Source: Haliotis cracherodii
Taxonomy: Eukaryota
Assembly: GCF_022045235.1 (NCBI RefSeq)
Contig: NW_027266275.1
Location: forward strand, 68,634,001-68,698,000
Reading direction: 5' to 3'
DNA length: 64,000 nt
Shown: positions 63,601-64,000 of the stretch, piece after piece
Position numbering within the stretch: position 1 is the stretch's first letter
How the letters are laid out: every line of letters begins with the position of its first letter
Program-made: the position numbers and the translations under genes
Notes under the pieces: generated by a model
The model's database searches: none
What the model was told of the DNA's origin: nothing
The model's input: only the letters and a program-made list of their open reading frames with translations

Positions 63601-64000
63601 TTGTTCTTATGTTCCACCTTTATTTCTATTGAAATATGTATATCAGTCAAACACATTGGCTGTCATGTTAATGTTGTTGCTTCTCCTTAAGCATACAGTG
63701 GCTACATGATACCTGGACACAATTATTGTTTCAGCCATACATATTGATTTGCATGAGTTCTTTTGTCTTCTTAGAAAAAACTTGCTCTGAAACCAAATGA
63801 TTCAAGACTTACACAAAACGAATAACTGACACTGACGCGTACACATATACATGTGTAGCGAATATCAATTGATTTGATAATGCACAATGTAGTTGTTGAA
63901 GTTGTTTTAAAAAAAATATTCAACTGCTGACTTCTTTACTTTGTTTTAGTGTACAGCTGAGGTCCGTGCTCTGATACCCGGGGTTCTGGATTACATTGTT
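60657..64000 (+). CDS. Secreted double-saposin-B-domain protein, copy 3 (exons 1-9; runs off the right edge)
   Basis: Exons 60657-60705, 60816-60871, 61051-61125, 61850-61918, 62586-62645, 62817-62906, 63183-63257, 63516-63584, 63950->64000. Frame intact. Confidence 0.88.

Larger units (their letters stand above)
32340..64000. repeat. Tandem segmental duplication, ~11-13-kb saposin unit (starts ~32340, ~45400, ~57050)
   Basis: Recurrent aacgagt.gt.ctaaatgttaatgttaaatc anchor, shared SINEs and upstream blocks. ATGs at 37017, 50006 and 60657. Confidence 0.9.

Overview
AT-rich, repeat-laden animal genomic DNA. The repeat landscape looks molluscan, possibly a gastropod such as abalone (inferred from SINE/PLE types, not proven). 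The window holds two tandem gene arrays in divergent orientation. (1) 1-29.6 kb, minus strand: single-exon, non-alpha nicotinic-acetylcholine-receptor-like (Cys-loop) subunit genes. There are two complete near-identical copies (8752-9939, 18448-19638) and one divergent, open copy running off the left edge (1-531, missed by the ORF track). Four more are fragments or pseudogenes, including a 5'-truncated copy with a new in-frame ATG. The subunits lack the loop-A Tyr and the loop-C YxCC needed for canonical ACh binding but keep a cation-type pore, the same architecture as divergent sensory-type molluscan Cys-loop receptors. (2) 32.3-64 kb, plus strand: three tandem copies of a 10-exon gene reconstructed by hand from splice signals. 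It encodes a ~235-aa secreted, strongly acidic protein with two saposin-B domains, each built from the same four phase-0 exons. A duplicated terminal-exon relic lies downstream of copies 1 and 2. The rest is decayed TEs: I-group LINE, R4/Dong-like RLE, CR1/RTE-like LINE, Penelope-like, Gypsy and Tc1 relics, three SINE families, and piggyBac-, Harbinger-, CACTA- and mariner-like MITEs. There are also microsatellites and two N gaps. All calls are by eye; no searches were run.
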